DNA of 64,000 nt from Oribacterium sp. Lineage in GTDB: Bacteria > Bacillota > Bacilli > Lactobacillales > Streptococcaceae. This document shows positions 21,275 through 31,869 of the stretch, one piece after another. A program made the position numbers and the translations under genes. Position 1 is the first letter of the stretch. Each line of letters begins with the position of its first letter. The stretch covers positions 22,716 to 86,715 of the forward strand of contig CAVAFU010000011.1 of NCBI GenBank assembly GCA_963588325.1. The letters are read 5' to 3'. The notes below the pieces were generated by a model that ran no database searches, was not told the origin of the DNA, and was given only the letters and a program-made list of their open reading frames with translations.

Positions 21275-22600
21275 TCATTCAAAAGGTAAGTCAATATCAA
21301 CTTGAAAATATTGATTAAGTTCGCTAGTAATGGTTAATTTTCCTTTGTGAACTTGTATGATTTGTCTTGAGATTTTTAGCCCCATACCATGACGGCGAAC
21401 GCCAGCAATGTCAAATTCGGTATTTTCTTGTTGATAAAGATTAGCAAGTTTAGAATGTGAAATGCCAACTCCGTTATCTTTGATGGTGATGCGGAAAGAA
21501 TCTCCACGGTCATGCAAATAAATACTAATTTGACAACCATCTGGATTGTGCAAAACAGAATTGTAAATCACATTGTGAATCACTCGAGAAATAAGATTGG
21601 GTTCAAATGCAACGTTTTTATCAATCAAGGAGTCATCATAATCAAAATCGAATTGAAAATTTTCCCAAATTCCTTGGTTAATAATCTGAATGATAATTTC
21701 TTTGAAAAATGGAACGAGTCGAACCGTTTCTTTTTTTAGTTGGAATTGACGGTTGGTCAATCTGGCAAAGATATTTAAATCATTTAAAACATTTTGAATG
21801 TAATAACCTTCAACTAATATTGGGTCAATATGGTGTGTGATTTCAACGTTATCTGATTTGCTTTTGGCAAGCGACGCATTGGAAATAATCACGGATAACG
21901 GTGTTTTGATATCGTGAGCCACACCAGAAATCCATTCTTCTTTGAATGCCTGACTTTCTTTTAATTCTTTATCTGTTTGATTAATAGCGCTGATGATTTT
22001 TTGAAAATCATCTTGGTTGGCAAGAGTGTTATCCAAACCTTGAGGTAAGTTAGTGATGGCTTGTGCCAAAGGGCGCAATTTTTTATTAACAAAATTTGTA
22101 CTATAAAAATACAAGGCAATAAAATACAAACAATTTGTTATTAAGATACCAATAATTAAACAGGCAACATAAGTTATATAGGATTTTTCATAGTAGTTAG
22201 ACGGAAATCCAACAACGATTAAATTGTTGTCAACAATATGTGTAAAAACAGGGTAATCATCCAAATAAAAACGGCTAAATTGAGCAACATCAGCTAAATT
22301 ATAATGTTCTTTGAGACTTTTCGGGGTATTATAGTGAAATACCTGATTGCCATTATCTGAATCAAGAACCATGACCCAAAGCTTGTTTTGATTGACAATC
22401 TTTTTCCCTTTTTTGGTTAAGGTAATCGTGTCATTAAACGTGATATTTTGCGCAATTTGGTTAACGACATCTGTAGCGCGTGTTTGTTTGGCTTGCCCAT
22501 ACCCTAGCACGATAAAGACAGTAACATCTAATAGAAGCAGTATGATAAAAGAACTAATGAAACGTTTGATAAGACGTTTTATCGTGTTAAATGTAGTCAT
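21275..22600 (-). CDS. Sensor histidine kinase (NisK/CprK-like)
   Basis: HDIKTPL H-box, DNGVG and GMGL G-boxes, two TM segments. Confidence 0.9.
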   Translation of the reverse strand: MTTFNTIKRLIKRFISSFIILLLLDVTVFIVLGYGQAKQTRATDVVNQIAQNITFNDTITLTKKGKKIVNQNKLWVMVLDSDNGNQVFHYNTPKSLKEHYNLADVAQFSRFYLDDYPVFTHIVDNNLIVVGFPSNYYEKSYITYVACLIIGILITNCLYFIALYFYSTNFVNKKLRPLAQAITNLPQGLDNTLANQDDFQKIISAINQTDKELKESQAFKEEWISGVAHDIKTPLSVIISNASLAKSKSDNVEITHHIDPILVEGYYIQNVLNDLNIFARLTNRQFQLKKETVRLVPFFKEIIIQIINQGIWENFQFDFDYDDSLIDKNVAFEPNLISRVIHNVIYNSVLHNPDGCQISIYLHDRGDSFRITIKDNGVGISHSKLANLYQQENTEFDIAGVRRHGMGLKISRQIIQVHKGKLTITSELNQYFQVDIDLPFE

Positions 22601-22610
22601 AATCTATTTC

Positions 22611-23318
22611 CTAAAACACAAATTTATATCCCAAACCTTTAACTGTGACAATGTGTTGTGGTTTAGAAGGATTTTCTTCGATTTTTTCTCGGATATTTCG
22701 GATGTGAACCATCAATGATTTTTCATAACCAAAATTTTCTCCTTCCCAGACACTATCACAAATGGATTCAGTTGAGACGATGTAGTTTTTATTGGCATAT
22801 AATTTCTTAATGATTTGGATTTCGGTGGGGGTCAGAGGAATTTCAGTATCGTTTCTTTGCACCAAAGCATTCGCCAAATGTATCGTGCAATTTTTTAAGG
22901 CAATAGTTTCGCTGTCACACTTATAAGCACGTCTTAGCAAGGTCATAATACGGTAAATGAGTACCCTGGGCAAAAATGGCTTGGTAACATAGTCATCACC
23001 ACCAGATTTTAAACCATTAATTTCATCTTCAGGATTGTTTTTAGCCGTTAAAAATAATATAGGAATATCAGAGTTTTTTCGCACTTCTCGGGCTAATGAG
23101 TATCCTTCTCCGTCAGGAAGCATGACATCTAAAATGATTAAGTCAATATTATTCATTGATAACAAATCAATGCTGTCACTGATGCTATAAGCGCAGCTGA
23201 TATTTTGAAAACCTGCATTTTTTAACACCTCTTTAATGGAGGCATTAAGGGAATAATCATCATCGACAATTAACAGCCGTTTCTTCAATAGAGGGGCTTC
23301 AAAATCCATCGTCATCAT
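22611..23318 (-). CDS. OmpR-family response regulator
   Basis: DVMLPDGEG receiver, HIRNIREKIE..TVKGLGY winged helix. Confidence 0.92.
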   Translation of the reverse strand: MMTMDFEAPLLKKRLLIVDDDYSLNASIKEVLKNAGFQNISCAYSISDSIDLLSMNNIDLIILDVMLPDGEGYSLAREVRKNSDIPILFLTAKNNPEDEINGLKSGGDDYVTKPFLPRVLIYRIMTLLRRAYKCDSETIALKNCTIHLANALVQRNDTEIPLTPTEIQIIKKLYANKNYIVSTESICDSVWEGENFGYEKSLMVHIRNIREKIEENPSKPQHIVTVKGLGYKFVF

Positions 23319-23384
23319 CTCCTATCCTATTAGTTGTATTCATTATAGCAAATTCACTCTTATTTTTTGGTATCGAGGCGAAAT

Positions 23385-23439
23385 CTTAAGGTAAACTTTA
23401 GGATTACTTTACTTTTTCTTAAACAGGACTTTCTAAAAT
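23385..23439 (+). promoter_or_regulatory. Four hexamers at 11-bp period plus -10, putative binding site of the adjacent OmpR-family regulator
   Basis: CTTAAG(23385) CTTTAG(23396) CTTTAC(23407) CTTAAA(23418), 10 nt, TAAAAT. Confidence 0.6.
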
Positions 23440-23485
23440 AATGATGACAAAAAGAGGAGCCTCAAAAAAAGTAAGGAGAAATCAA

Positions 23486-24394
23486 ATGGAAAATGTTATT
23501 CAACTGACAAATTTGAAGAAAGTTTATAAAGATAGCACAACAGTTGATTTGGATTATATTACCGTGCGAAAAGGTGAGATTTATGGCTTTTTAGGACCAA
23601 ATGGTGCTGGGAAAACAACAACGATGAAAATGATTTTATCCCTAGTCAAACCAACTTCTGGCAATATTGAAATTTTCGGTGAAAAGCTAACAAAGAATCT
23701 TGATTATCTGAACCAAATTGGCTCGATGATTGAGGAACCGTCATATTATCCGAATTTGACAGGATATGAAAACTTGCTTGTTTTTCAAAAAATGCTTGGT
23801 TTTGATAGCCAAAATATCCCAAAAACGCTTGAACTGGTTGGCTTGGCAGACGAAAAAAATCGTAAGAAATTGGTCAAAGATTATTCTTTAGGAATGAAGC
23901 AACGGTTAGCATTAGCCTTTGCCTTGGTTAAAAAGCCTAAAATTCTTTTGTTAGATGAGCCAACCAACGGTCTGGACCCTGCGGGAATCCATGAAATTCG
24001 TGAGTTGATTGTCAAACTAGACAAAGAAAAAGGATTGACGGTTTTTATTTCAAGTCATATTTTAACGGAGATTGAGCATATTGCTGACAGGGTTGGAATT
24101 ATCAATCATGGACGGTTAGTCTACGAAGGGGAAATTGAAAAAATAAAATCCAATACTTGGATTGAAATTGGCGGTGATTTTAGTCAAAAAAATGTTGCCA
24201 AGACCATTTACGAGAAAACAAGTGCCACGATTTTAGGCGTGAATGACTCGATGTTGTCATTAGCAGACCTTGATAATCAAGGAATCTCTGAAGTTGTTTC
24301 GGCACTTGTACAAGCAGATTATCCTATTTTTCGTGTAGAACGCCAAAAAGAAACTTTGGAAAATATTTTCTTAGCCTTAACTAAGGAGGAATAA
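23486..24394 (+). CDS. ABC transporter ATP-binding subunit, lantibiotic-immunity (LanF/BcrA-like)
   Basis: GPNGAGKTT, IEEP loop, YSLGMKQRL, DEPTNGLDP. Confidence 0.88.
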   Translation: MENVIQLTNLKKVYKDSTTVDLDYITVRKGEIYGFLGPNGAGKTTTMKMILSLVKPTSGNIEIFGEKLTKNLDYLNQIGSMIEEPSYYPNLTGYENLLVFQKMLGFDSQNIPKTLELVGLADEKNRKKLVKDYSLGMKQRLALAFALVKKPKILLLDEPTNGLDPAGIHEIRELIVKLDKEKGLTVFISSHILTEIEHIADRVGIINHGRLVYEGEIEKIKSNTWIEIGGDFSQKNVAKTIYEKTSATILGVNDSMLSLADLDNQGISEVVSALVQADYPIFRVERQKETLENIFLALTKEE

Positions 24395-24395
24395 T

Positions 24396-25142
24396 ATGCT
24401 GAAAGCTATACAAATCGAATTATTAAAGAGCAAACGGACAAAATCTTTTACAATTGCTATTGTGATAGTGATGCTGGGGATTCTTTGGAAAATCGCAGCG
24501 TTTGCTGGACGAACTGGTGGTATGGAATCCTTTTTTGATAATCAAGATATTCATGTTTTTGTCTTGCCAATAGCTATTAGTTTATTTGTTTCACGGATTA
24601 TCAGTAATGAAAAAGAGGGCAGAACGTTTAAATTACAAGCAAGTAATGGACGAGGAATGTTGGAAGTTTTTCATCATAAACTTTATTTCTCAGTCGTCTT
24701 TTTTATCCTAATGTCTTTTCTTTATACCATAATAGTATCTTTGTATTTGCTTGTGAGTGTTGGGGTGACTGTTCCTATTGCTGTTTTTGGGGCACAAGTG
24801 TTATCACTTTCTTTAGTGAGTTTTGTTCAGATTTGTATCTATATGACTTTGTCAATGCTGTTAGAAAAGCAGGGGCTTGTTTTAGCTGGTGGATTTATTG
24901 GAACTTTTTTAGGGCTTATTTTTCAGAGCCGAACTAGCCAATTCTGGACGTTTTTAATTCCTTGGGATGGTACAGGATTTCTTGCAGTTTATAAATTTGG
25001 ATATGATGTCAAATTAGATACTATTTTTCACACCCCAGAGAATCATTTAGCTTTAAGATTCTGTGTATATATGGTCTATGCCTTGGTATGGTATGGCATT
25101 GCTAAATACAACATAACATCGAAAGGAGGAAAGGTGTCATGA
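24396..25142 (+). CDS. ABC-2 permease (LanE-like)
   Basis: IELLKSKRT N-terminus, 6 TM, IPW motif. Confidence 0.8.
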   Translation: MLKAIQIELLKSKRTKSFTIAIVIVMLGILWKIAAFAGRTGGMESFFDNQDIHVFVLPIAISLFVSRIISNEKEGRTFKLQASNGRGMLEVFHHKLYFSVVFFILMSFLYTIIVSLYLLVSVGVTVPIAVFGAQVLSLSLVSFVQICIYMTLSMLLEKQGLVLAGGFIGTFLGLIFQSRTSQFWTFLIPWDGTGFLAVYKFGYDVKLDTIFHTPENHLALRFCVYMVYALVWYGIAKYNITSKGGKVS

Positions 25143-25870
25143 TGGCATATATTTCGGCAGAATGGCGAAAATTAAATAAAACTCAGCTTTTGTTGGTAGG
25201 ATTTGTGCTTTTTTTCATTTCTAGCTTTATTGGATTAAGTACTTATTACCTGAACCGCTCGGTTTTTATTGATGATACGCAATCTTTGGTAATGTGGGGA
25301 CAATTAACTTTGTTTAACAGCCAGATTTTCTTCCCAGCTTTACTAGCTATTTTTATGGGAATTAGTTTAATGCCTGAATTTGAACGAACAACGCTCGAAA
25401 TGCTACGGGTAAATAATGTCTCTATTGCAAAGCTTTTATTGAGTAAGTTGGTCAGTCTTGTCTTAATCTTGCTTCCCTTACAATGTTTACTAGTTGTGAC
25501 GTGGTTCATCGCTTTGTCGATTGACCATATTAATGTTGTTAATGAAATTTTAGTTCATATGAAATGGGTCTTGCTTTCAGTTATTGGAGCAGTTAGCATT
25601 CTTAGTTTACAAGCCTTTATATTGGCTAAAACAAGAAACTTTGCAAAATCAGTTGGGGTTTCCGCCATCGGAGCAATAGGTGGTTTGGTGTTACTATTTA
25701 TAAATGAAAGCCTAACAAAATATTATCCCTATTCGCTAGTCATGATTGCTCTTAGAAGTAGGGCTTTAAAGGATTTTCAAACCCCTGATTTAATAATTTT
25801 CATTATCGTTAGCAGTATTTATAGTTTTATTTTCTACAAATTAACTTGTAAGGAACTAGCTAATTCATAA
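25139..25870 (+). CDS. ABC-2 permease (LanG-like)
   Basis: AEWRKL N-terminus, 6 TM, YYPY motif. Confidence 0.8.
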   Translation: MMAYISAEWRKLNKTQLLLVGFVLFFISSFIGLSTYYLNRSVFIDDTQSLVMWGQLTLFNSQIFFPALLAIFMGISLMPEFERTTLEMLRVNNVSIAKLLLSKLVSLVLILLPLQCLLVVTWFIALSIDHINVVNEILVHMKWVLLSVIGAVSILSLQAFILAKTRNFAKSVGVSAIGAIGGLVLLFINESLTKYYPYSLVMIALRSRALKDFQTPDLIIFIIVSSIYSFIFYKLTCKELANS

Positions 25871-25921
25871 TACTTTCGAAGTCTTTCCAGTATTTTCAAC
25901 TGGAGAGATTTTTTTGATTAA

Positions 25922-25967
25922 AATTTTTAGAAAAATATATACTTTTTAACAATTGCTGTGCTATAAT
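25922..25967 (+). promoter_or_regulatory. CodY-like box and extended -10 of MFS gene
   Basis: AATTTTTAGAAAAAT then TGcTATAAT. Confidence 0.6.
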
Positions 25968-26030
25968 TTAAAATCAAAGACAGTTTTTAGGTAGTTGGGA
26001 CTTTGGGAGAAGTAGGTTGGGAGAATTTAA

Positions 26031-27209
26031 ATGACTAAATCGTTTTGGAGATTATTAGTTTCGCAGGCAGTAGCAAATTTGGCAGATGTTTTCTTTAGAG
26101 TGGTTGTTATTGCTAATATATTTATCTTATCGGGGTCGGTAGTAGCGACATCAATGGCGCCGATTTTAATTGGCTTATCTGCGTTTTTGGCTAGTTTTTT
26201 AGTGCCACTCGTTACACGACGAATTGCCTTAAATAAGATACTTTTGTTTACGCAAGGTGGTAAAACGCTGTGTTTTGCGTTATTGTTACTCTTGATTAGC
26301 CGCTGTGGAACGATTTCGCTGCCGTTACTATATGCCTTTATTATAATAATTTCCCTATTAGATGGTTTTGCTGCGCCTGTTTCGCATGCCATTATTCCAC
26401 GTTATGCGACAGATTTAGGGAAAGCCAATGCTGCGCTTTCAATGAGCGAGGAAAGTGTTCAGTTAGTTGGTTGGGGACTAGGAGGATTATTGTTTGTCTT
26501 ACTAGGCTTACGTACTAGTATGGTAGTCATCTTAGGATTATTTGTGATTGCTACGGCTATCATGGCTTTCATGCCTTTGGTTGAAACAGAAGAAATAGAG
26601 TCGGAAACAAGCCTTGATACTCTTTTGAAAGGCTGGATTCTGGTTATTAAACGCCCACAGCTAAGGTTTTTAATCCAAGCAAACCTTTTGGAAATTCTAG
26701 CAAATACTATTTGGGTCTCATCGGTTATTTTAATTTTTGTGACTGATATTTTACATCAAACTGAAAGTTTTTGGGGCTATACTAATTCAGCCTATTCTTT
26801 GGGGATATTGCTAGGAGGTTTTATTGTTTTTCGGTTGTCTGAAAGCTTTCTCAACTATAAATGGCAGAGTATGATTTTTTCATTGCTTGCTATGGCTATC
26901 GTAACACTTTGTATTATTCAAGTTCCAAAAGCGAATTACTTTCTGATGTTTTCTGCACTGATAGGCTTCTTATCTCAACTCAAAGAAATTTCAGAAAGTG
27001 TCCTCCTTCAAGAATCTGTTGACGAAAATGACTTGGTAAATGTTTATTCAGTTTTTGAAGTGATTTCGACACTAGCTTTTTCAGTTTTTGTCTTTCTTAT
27101 GAGCTTAGTGACCGATTACTTTGGAGTGCTTGTTAGCTTTTGGCTGGCGGTTATTTGCCTACTGGTAGAAGCCATACTTGTTTTTTATAATCGAAGTCAT
27201 ATTAACTAA
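26031..27209 (+). CDS. MFS transporter, peptide-export-like
   Basis: LLVSQAVANLADVFF N-terminus, ~12 TM. Confidence 0.82.
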   Translation: MTKSFWRLLVSQAVANLADVFFRVVVIANIFILSGSVVATSMAPILIGLSAFLASFLVPLVTRRIALNKILLFTQGGKTLCFALLLLLISRCGTISLPLLYAFIIIISLLDGFAAPVSHAIIPRYATDLGKANAALSMSEESVQLVGWGLGGLLFVLLGLRTSMVVILGLFVIATAIMAFMPLVETEEIESETSLDTLLKGWILVIKRPQLRFLIQANLLEILANTIWVSSVILIFVTDILHQTESFWGYTNSAYSLGILLGGFIVFRLSESFLNYKWQSMIFSLLAMAIVTLCIIQVPKANYFLMFSALIGFLSQLKEISESVLLQESVDENDLVNVYSVFEVISTLAFSVFVFLMSLVTDYFGVLVSFWLAVICLLVEAILVFYNRSHIN

Positions 27210-27314
27210 TAGAAACTCATTCACTAGTTGAATGAGTCTTTTTTTGCATAAAATTGGATATTTTTTGTATATATACTGTATATTTGTTATAAAATCATAA
27301 AAATTTAACTTTTT

Positions 27315-27371
27315 TTGAAAAAATATTCAAAAAGTGTTGACAGGATACTTTTTGGTATGTATAATTATACA
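27315..27371 (+). promoter_or_regulatory. argG promoter with ARG boxes (ArgR/AhrC)
   Basis: TTGACA-17-TATAAT; palindrome TGTATAATTATACA over the -10; TGAAAAAATATTCA upstream. Confidence 0.8.
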
Positions 27372-27416
27372 CATAAAGTTGATAAAAACACAAAAATAAG
27401 AAAAGAGAGTATTCCT

Positions 27417-28607
27417 ATGTCAAAAGAAAAAGTTATCCTTGCATATTCAGGTGGTCTTGATACTTCAGTTGCCATTACTTGGCTAATGAAAGATTATGAT
27501 GTTGTTGCCGTTTGTATGGACGTCGGCGAAGGTAAAGACCTTGATTTTATTCATGATAAAGCCCTTAAAGTCGGTGCGGTTGAATCTTACGTCCTTGACG
27601 TTAAAGATGAATTTGCTGAAGAATATGTGCTTCCAGCACTTCAAGCTCACGCTTATTATGAACAAAAATACCCATTGGTATCAGCACTTAGCCGTCCAGT
27701 TATTTCTAAAAAATTGGTTGAAATTGCTCATAAAACAGGGGCTACAACAATCGCTCATGGATGTACTGGTAAAGGTAACGACCAAGTTCGTTTTGAAGTG
27801 GCAATCGCTGCGCTTGACCCTGAATTGAAAGTTATTGCTCCAGTTCGTGAATGGAAATGGTCTCGTGAAGAAGAAATTGAATACGCTAAAGCAAATGGTG
27901 TACCAGTTCCAGCTGACCTTGACAATCCATACTCAGTTGACCAAAACCTTTGGGGACGTGCTAATGAATGTGGTGTCCTTGAAAATCCATGGAACCAAGC
28001 ACCAGAAGATGCTTTTGGTATTACAACTTCTCCAGAAGAAGCTCCTGATACACCAGAATTTGTTGATATTGAATTTAAAGCAGGTAAACCAGTAGCTCTT
28101 AATGGTGAAGAACTTAAATTGGCAGACCTTATCCAAAAATTAAATACAATCGCTGGTAAACACGGTGTTGGACGTATTGACCACGTTGAAAACCGTTTGG
28201 TTGGTATCAAATCACGTGAAATTTACGAATGCCCAGGTGCAATCACACTTTTGACAGCTCACAAAGAAATCGAAGACATCACATTGGTACGTGAAGTTTC
28301 TCATTTCAAACCAATTCTTGAAAATGAATTGTCAAACCTTATCTACAATGCTTTGTGGTTTAGCCCTGCGACAGAAGCTATCATTGCTTACATTAAAGAA
28401 ACACAAAAAGTGGTTAACGGTACTGCTAAAGTGAAACTTTACAAAGGTCATGCTCAAGTGGTTGCTCGTAAATCACCAAACTCACTTTACGATGAAAACT
28501 TGGCAACTTACACATCAGCTGACAGCTTTGACCAAGACGCAGCTGTAGGCTTCATCAAACTTTGGGGACTACCAACCCAAGTTAACTCACAAGTTAATAA
28601 TAAATAA
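27417..28607 (+). CDS. argG: Argininosuccinate synthase
   Basis: [32 protein letters not shown]. Confidence 0.97.
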   Translation: MSKEKVILAYSGGLDTSVAITWLMKDYDVVAVCMDVGEGKDLDFIHDKALKVGAVESYVLDVKDEFAEEYVLPALQAHAYYEQKYPLVSALSRPVISKKLVEIAHKTGATTIAHGCTGKGNDQVRFEVAIAALDPELKVIAPVREWKWSREEEIEYAKANGVPVPADLDNPYSVDQNLWGRANECGVLENPWNQAPEDAFGITTSPEEAPDTPEFVDIEFKAGKPVALNGEELKLADLIQKLNTIAGKHGVGRIDHVENRLVGIKSREIYECPGAITLLTAHKEIEDITLVREVSHFKPILENELSNLIYNALWFSPATEAIIAYIKETQKVVNGTAKVKLYKGHAQVVARKSPNSLYDENLATYTSADSFDQDAAVGFIKLWGLPTQVNSQVNNK

Positions 28608-28624
28608 CTAACAGAAGAAAAAAC

Positions 28625-28669
28625 AAGGTGATAACTTTGATGTCAATCAAGGAATTGAGCCGTAGATAA
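28625..28669 (+). repeat. 45-bp direct repeat, truncated 5' half of the element at 28739
   Basis: AAGGTGATAAcTTTGATGTCAATCAAGGAATTGAGCCGTAGATAA, one mismatch to 28741-28785. Confidence 0.9.
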
Positions 28670-28738
28670 AAATCTTAATAAAGTAAGGAAAGAATTGGTG
28701 AGGAATTTTCAAAGCTAATCAAGAAGAAAAGAAGGTTT

Positions 28739-28841
28739 CTAAGGTGATAATTTTGATGTCAATCAAGGAATTGAGCCGTAGATAATACTAGAGTATATCA
28801 AGGCGAAAATGACGAAGAGTTACAACAAAATTATCCCTTAG
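28739..28841 (+). repeat. Hairpin element with BOX-like core
   Basis: Terminal stem CTAAGG-GATAATTTTG/CAAAATTATC-CCTTAG enclosing AAGGAA..AGCCGTAG-hairpin-AAGGCGAA..GACGAAG. Confidence 0.65.
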
Positions 28842-28987
28842 CTTCAGATAAAAGGGGACAGGGAGCCCCATCTGAGACTCTTTTCTTATAACTTACCAAT
28901 CTCGTTAATGTCAACAGAGAGTGGCATCGAGCTTAAATAATGATATCCTGTGAGAATCATTTAAGACAACGCCCCGTGAGGCAAGAT

Positions 28988-29010
28988 AGCTAGAGCAATC
29001 TAGCTTTTTT
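28988..29010 (+). terminator. Intrinsic terminator between argG and argH
   Basis: AGCTAG-AGCAAT-CTAGCT then TTTTT. Confidence 0.6.
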
Positions 29011-29172
29011 CATTAAAAAATAATGGTAGTTAAGAAACAGAGTTTTAGCAATGCTACTTTCAATATTATCGGATAGAGTTATTTTGAAGCGAGATTTTAG
29101 TGGCAAAACTGGTTAGGCATTATTGCATGTCAATTCATGGGTTAAAAAGAAAAATAAGAAAAGAGAATTGCT

Positions 29173-30570
29173 ATGAGTAACAACGAAAATCATAAATTAT
29201 GGGGCGGACGTTTTGAAGCTGGTCTTGAAAAATGGGTAGAGGAATTTGGAGCATCCATTTCGTTTGACCAAAAGATGGCTGAATTTGATTTAAAAGGTTC
29301 AATTGCCCATGTAACCATGCTTGGTGAAACAGGGATTATTACAAAAGAAGAAGCTGGTCAAATCAAAGCTGGTCTTGAAGAATTACTTGCAGAATATAAG
29401 GCTGGAAAGATTGAATTTGACGTGTCAAACGAAGACATTCACATGAATATGGAAAGTCTTTTGACTGCAAAAATTGGTCCTGTGGCTGGGAAATTGCATA
29501 CAGCACGTTCACGTAATGACCAAGTGGCGACTGATATGCACTTGTACTTAAAAGCAAAACTTGATGAAGTGATTGAGAAGCTCAGCAATTTGCGCCAAAC
29601 CTTGGTGAATTTGGCTGATGAGCATGTTTACACAATCATGCCAGGTTATACACATTTGCAACACGCACAGCCGATTTCATTTGGGCATCATTTGATGGCG
29701 TATTACAATATGTTTACGCGTGATAGTGAACGTTTTGAATTTAACATGAAGCATACCGATATTTCACCGCTTGGTGCTGCGGCACTTGCTGGGACAACAT
29801 TTCCGATTGACCGTGAGATGACAGCGGAGCTTATGGGCTTTGCCAAACCTTACAGCAATTCCCTTGATGCCGTGTCTGACCGTGATTTTATCTTGGAATT
29901 TTTGGCAAATAGTTCTATTTTGATGATGCACATGAGCCGTATTTGTGAAGAAATCATTAGCTGGTGTTCAAATGAATTCAAATTTGTGACGCTTTCTGAT
30001 ACGTTCTCAACAGGGTCATCTATCATGCCACAAAAGAAAAATCCTGATATGGCAGAATTGATTCGCGGAAAATCAGGGCGTGTTTATGGGAATCTTTTTG
30101 GTCTTTTGACGGTTATGAAATCTTTGCCTTTGGCTTACAATAAAGATTTGCAAGAGGACAAAGAAGGCATGTTTGATACGGTTGAAACCATTACGGTGGC
30201 AATTGATATTTTGGCTGGTATGCTGAAAACAATGACTGTTAATAAAGAGCATATGGCAGAATCAACTGAGAAAGATTTCTCAAATGCAACTGAATTGGCA
30301 GATTATCTCGCAAGCAAGGGATTACCATTCCGCCAAGCGCACGAAATCGTTGGGAAATTAGTGCTAGAATGCACTAAAGCTGGCTATTATTTGCAAGATG
30401 TACCATTTGAACGCTATCAAGAAATCTCTGATTTGATTGATGAGGACATTTATGAAACTCTTAAATCACACACCGCAGTTGAACGCCGTCATTCTCTTGG
30501 TGGAACAGGTTTTGACCAAGTCAAATGGCAAATTAAAGAGGCCAAAAGCAGCCTAAAAGCGACTCATTAA
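29173..30570 (+). CDS. argH: Argininosuccinate lyase
   Basis: [27 protein letters not shown]. Confidence 0.97.
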   Translation: MSNNENHKLWGGRFEAGLEKWVEEFGASISFDQKMAEFDLKGSIAHVTMLGETGIITKEEAGQIKAGLEELLAEYKAGKIEFDVSNEDIHMNMESLLTAKIGPVAGKLHTARSRNDQVATDMHLYLKAKLDEVIEKLSNLRQTLVNLADEHVYTIMPGYTHLQHAQPISFGHHLMAYYNMFTRDSERFEFNMKHTDISPLGAAALAGTTFPIDREMTAELMGFAKPYSNSLDAVSDRDFILEFLANSSILMMHMSRICEEIISWCSNEFKFVTLSDTFSTGSSIMPQKKNPDMAELIRGKSGRVYGNLFGLLTVMKSLPLAYNKDLQEDKEGMFDTVETITVAIDILAGMLKTMTVNKEHMAESTEKDFSNATELADYLASKGLPFRQAHEIVGKLVLECTKAGYYLQDVPFERYQEISDLIDEDIYETLKSHTAVERRHSLGGTGFDQVKWQIKEAKSSLKATH

Positions 30571-30698
30571 TAATTTTTTCTACTTCCTAAAGCATTTTCC
30601 AATAAAATATTTAAAGATATTAAGCCCAAAATCCTTAGAGGTTAGGGCTTTTTAAATTTTTATGGTATAATAAAAATAATTTAGAATGGAGTCGTACG

Positions 30699-31058
30699 TT
30701 GAAGAAAACCTATCGTGTCAAAAGTGACAAAGATTTTCAGGCAATTTTTAGCAAGGGAACAAGTGTTGCCAATCGAAAATTTGTCGTCTATCATTTAGAA
30801 AAAAATCAAGGCCACTATCGTGTAGGGCTTTCTGTAAGCAAAAAACTTGGTAATGCTGTTACCCGCAATAGTATCAAGAGAAAAATTCGACATGTTGTCA
30901 TGGAATTGTCACCAAATTTACTGAGTCATGATTTTGTTATTATTGCCCGTAAAGGTGTCGAGGAACTTGATTATCATGAAGTGAAGAAAAATTTACTCCA
31001 TGTTTTAAAACTTGCCAATTTATATCAGGAAGGTCTAAATAGTGAAAAGAAAGATTAA
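30699..31058 (+). CDS. rnpA: Ribonuclease P protein component
   Basis: [20 protein letters not shown]. Confidence 0.95.
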   Translation: MKKTYRVKSDKDFQAIFSKGTSVANRKFVVYHLEKNQGHYRVGLSVSKKLGNAVTRNSIKRKIRHVVMELSPNLLSHDFVIIARKGVEELDYHEVKKNLLHVLKLANLYQEGLNSEKKD

Positions 31059-31857
31059 ATTATTAGGATTAAGTAGTCTTACTTTAGTGCTTTTAGCTGC
31101 TTGTGGGCGCAGCGAAGTAACCGCTTCATCAACTAATGGTTGGGATCAAATCGTTTACTTCTTTGCCAAAGCTATTCAGTGGCTATCTATTAACGGTCGT
31201 ATCGGAGTAGGGATTGTCCTCTTCACAATCATTATTCGTGCTGTTATGATGCCACTTTACAACATGCAAATCAAATCAGGGCAAAAAATGCAAGACTTGC
31301 AGCCAGAACTTAAAAAGTTGCAAGAAAAATACCCTGGTCGTGATACAGATAGCCGCATGAAGCTAACTGAGGAAAGCCAAGCGCTTTATAAAGAATACGG
31401 TGTTAACCCTTATGCGACAATGCTCCCACTTGTTGTTCAATTGCCAATTTTGATGGCGTTGTACCAAGCCTTAACACGTGTTTCTTTCTTGAAGACAGGT
31501 ACATTTTTATGGATTGAATTATCAAAACCAGACCCATATTTCATTTTGCCTGTTCTTGCAGCGTTGTTTACTTTCCTTTCATCTTGGTTGACAAATAAAG
31601 CAGCGCGTGAGAAAAACATCGCCATGACAGTGATGACTTATGTGATGCCAATCATGATTTTCTTTATGAGTTTCAGATTGGCTTCAGGGGTTGTGCTCTA
31701 CTGGTCAGTTTCTTATGCTTTTCAAGTATTCCAAATCCTTTTGTTGAATAATCCTTTCAAAATCATTGCTAAACGTTTGGAAGAAGAACAAGCTGAAAAA
31801 GAACGTGCGGCTAAGATTCGTCGTGCTAAGAAGAAAGCGCAAAAGAGAAGAAAGTAA
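31042..31857 (+). CDS. yidC: Membrane protein insertase YidC/Oxa1 (lipoprotein)
   Basis: LAAC lipobox, [19 protein letters not shown] motifs; operon with rnpA-jag. Confidence 0.93.
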   Translation: MKRKIKLLGLSSLTLVLLAACGRSEVTASSTNGWDQIVYFFAKAIQWLSINGRIGVGIVLFTIIIRAVMMPLYNMQIKSGQKMQDLQPELKKLQEKYPGRDTDSRMKLTEESQALYKEYGVNPYATMLPLVVQLPILMALYQALTRVSFLKTGTFLWIELSKPDPYFILPVLAALFTFLSSWLTNKAAREKNIAMTVMTYVMPIMIFFMSFRLASGVVLYWSVSYAFQVFQILLLNNPFKIIAKRLEEEQAEKERAAKIRRAKKKAQKRRK

Positions 31858-31869
31858 GAGGAAGAAAGT

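Noticed and set aside
28625..28785. Two-repeat mini-CRISPR or att sites
   Set aside because: The first copy is a truncated half of a larger hairpin element; no cas or integrase
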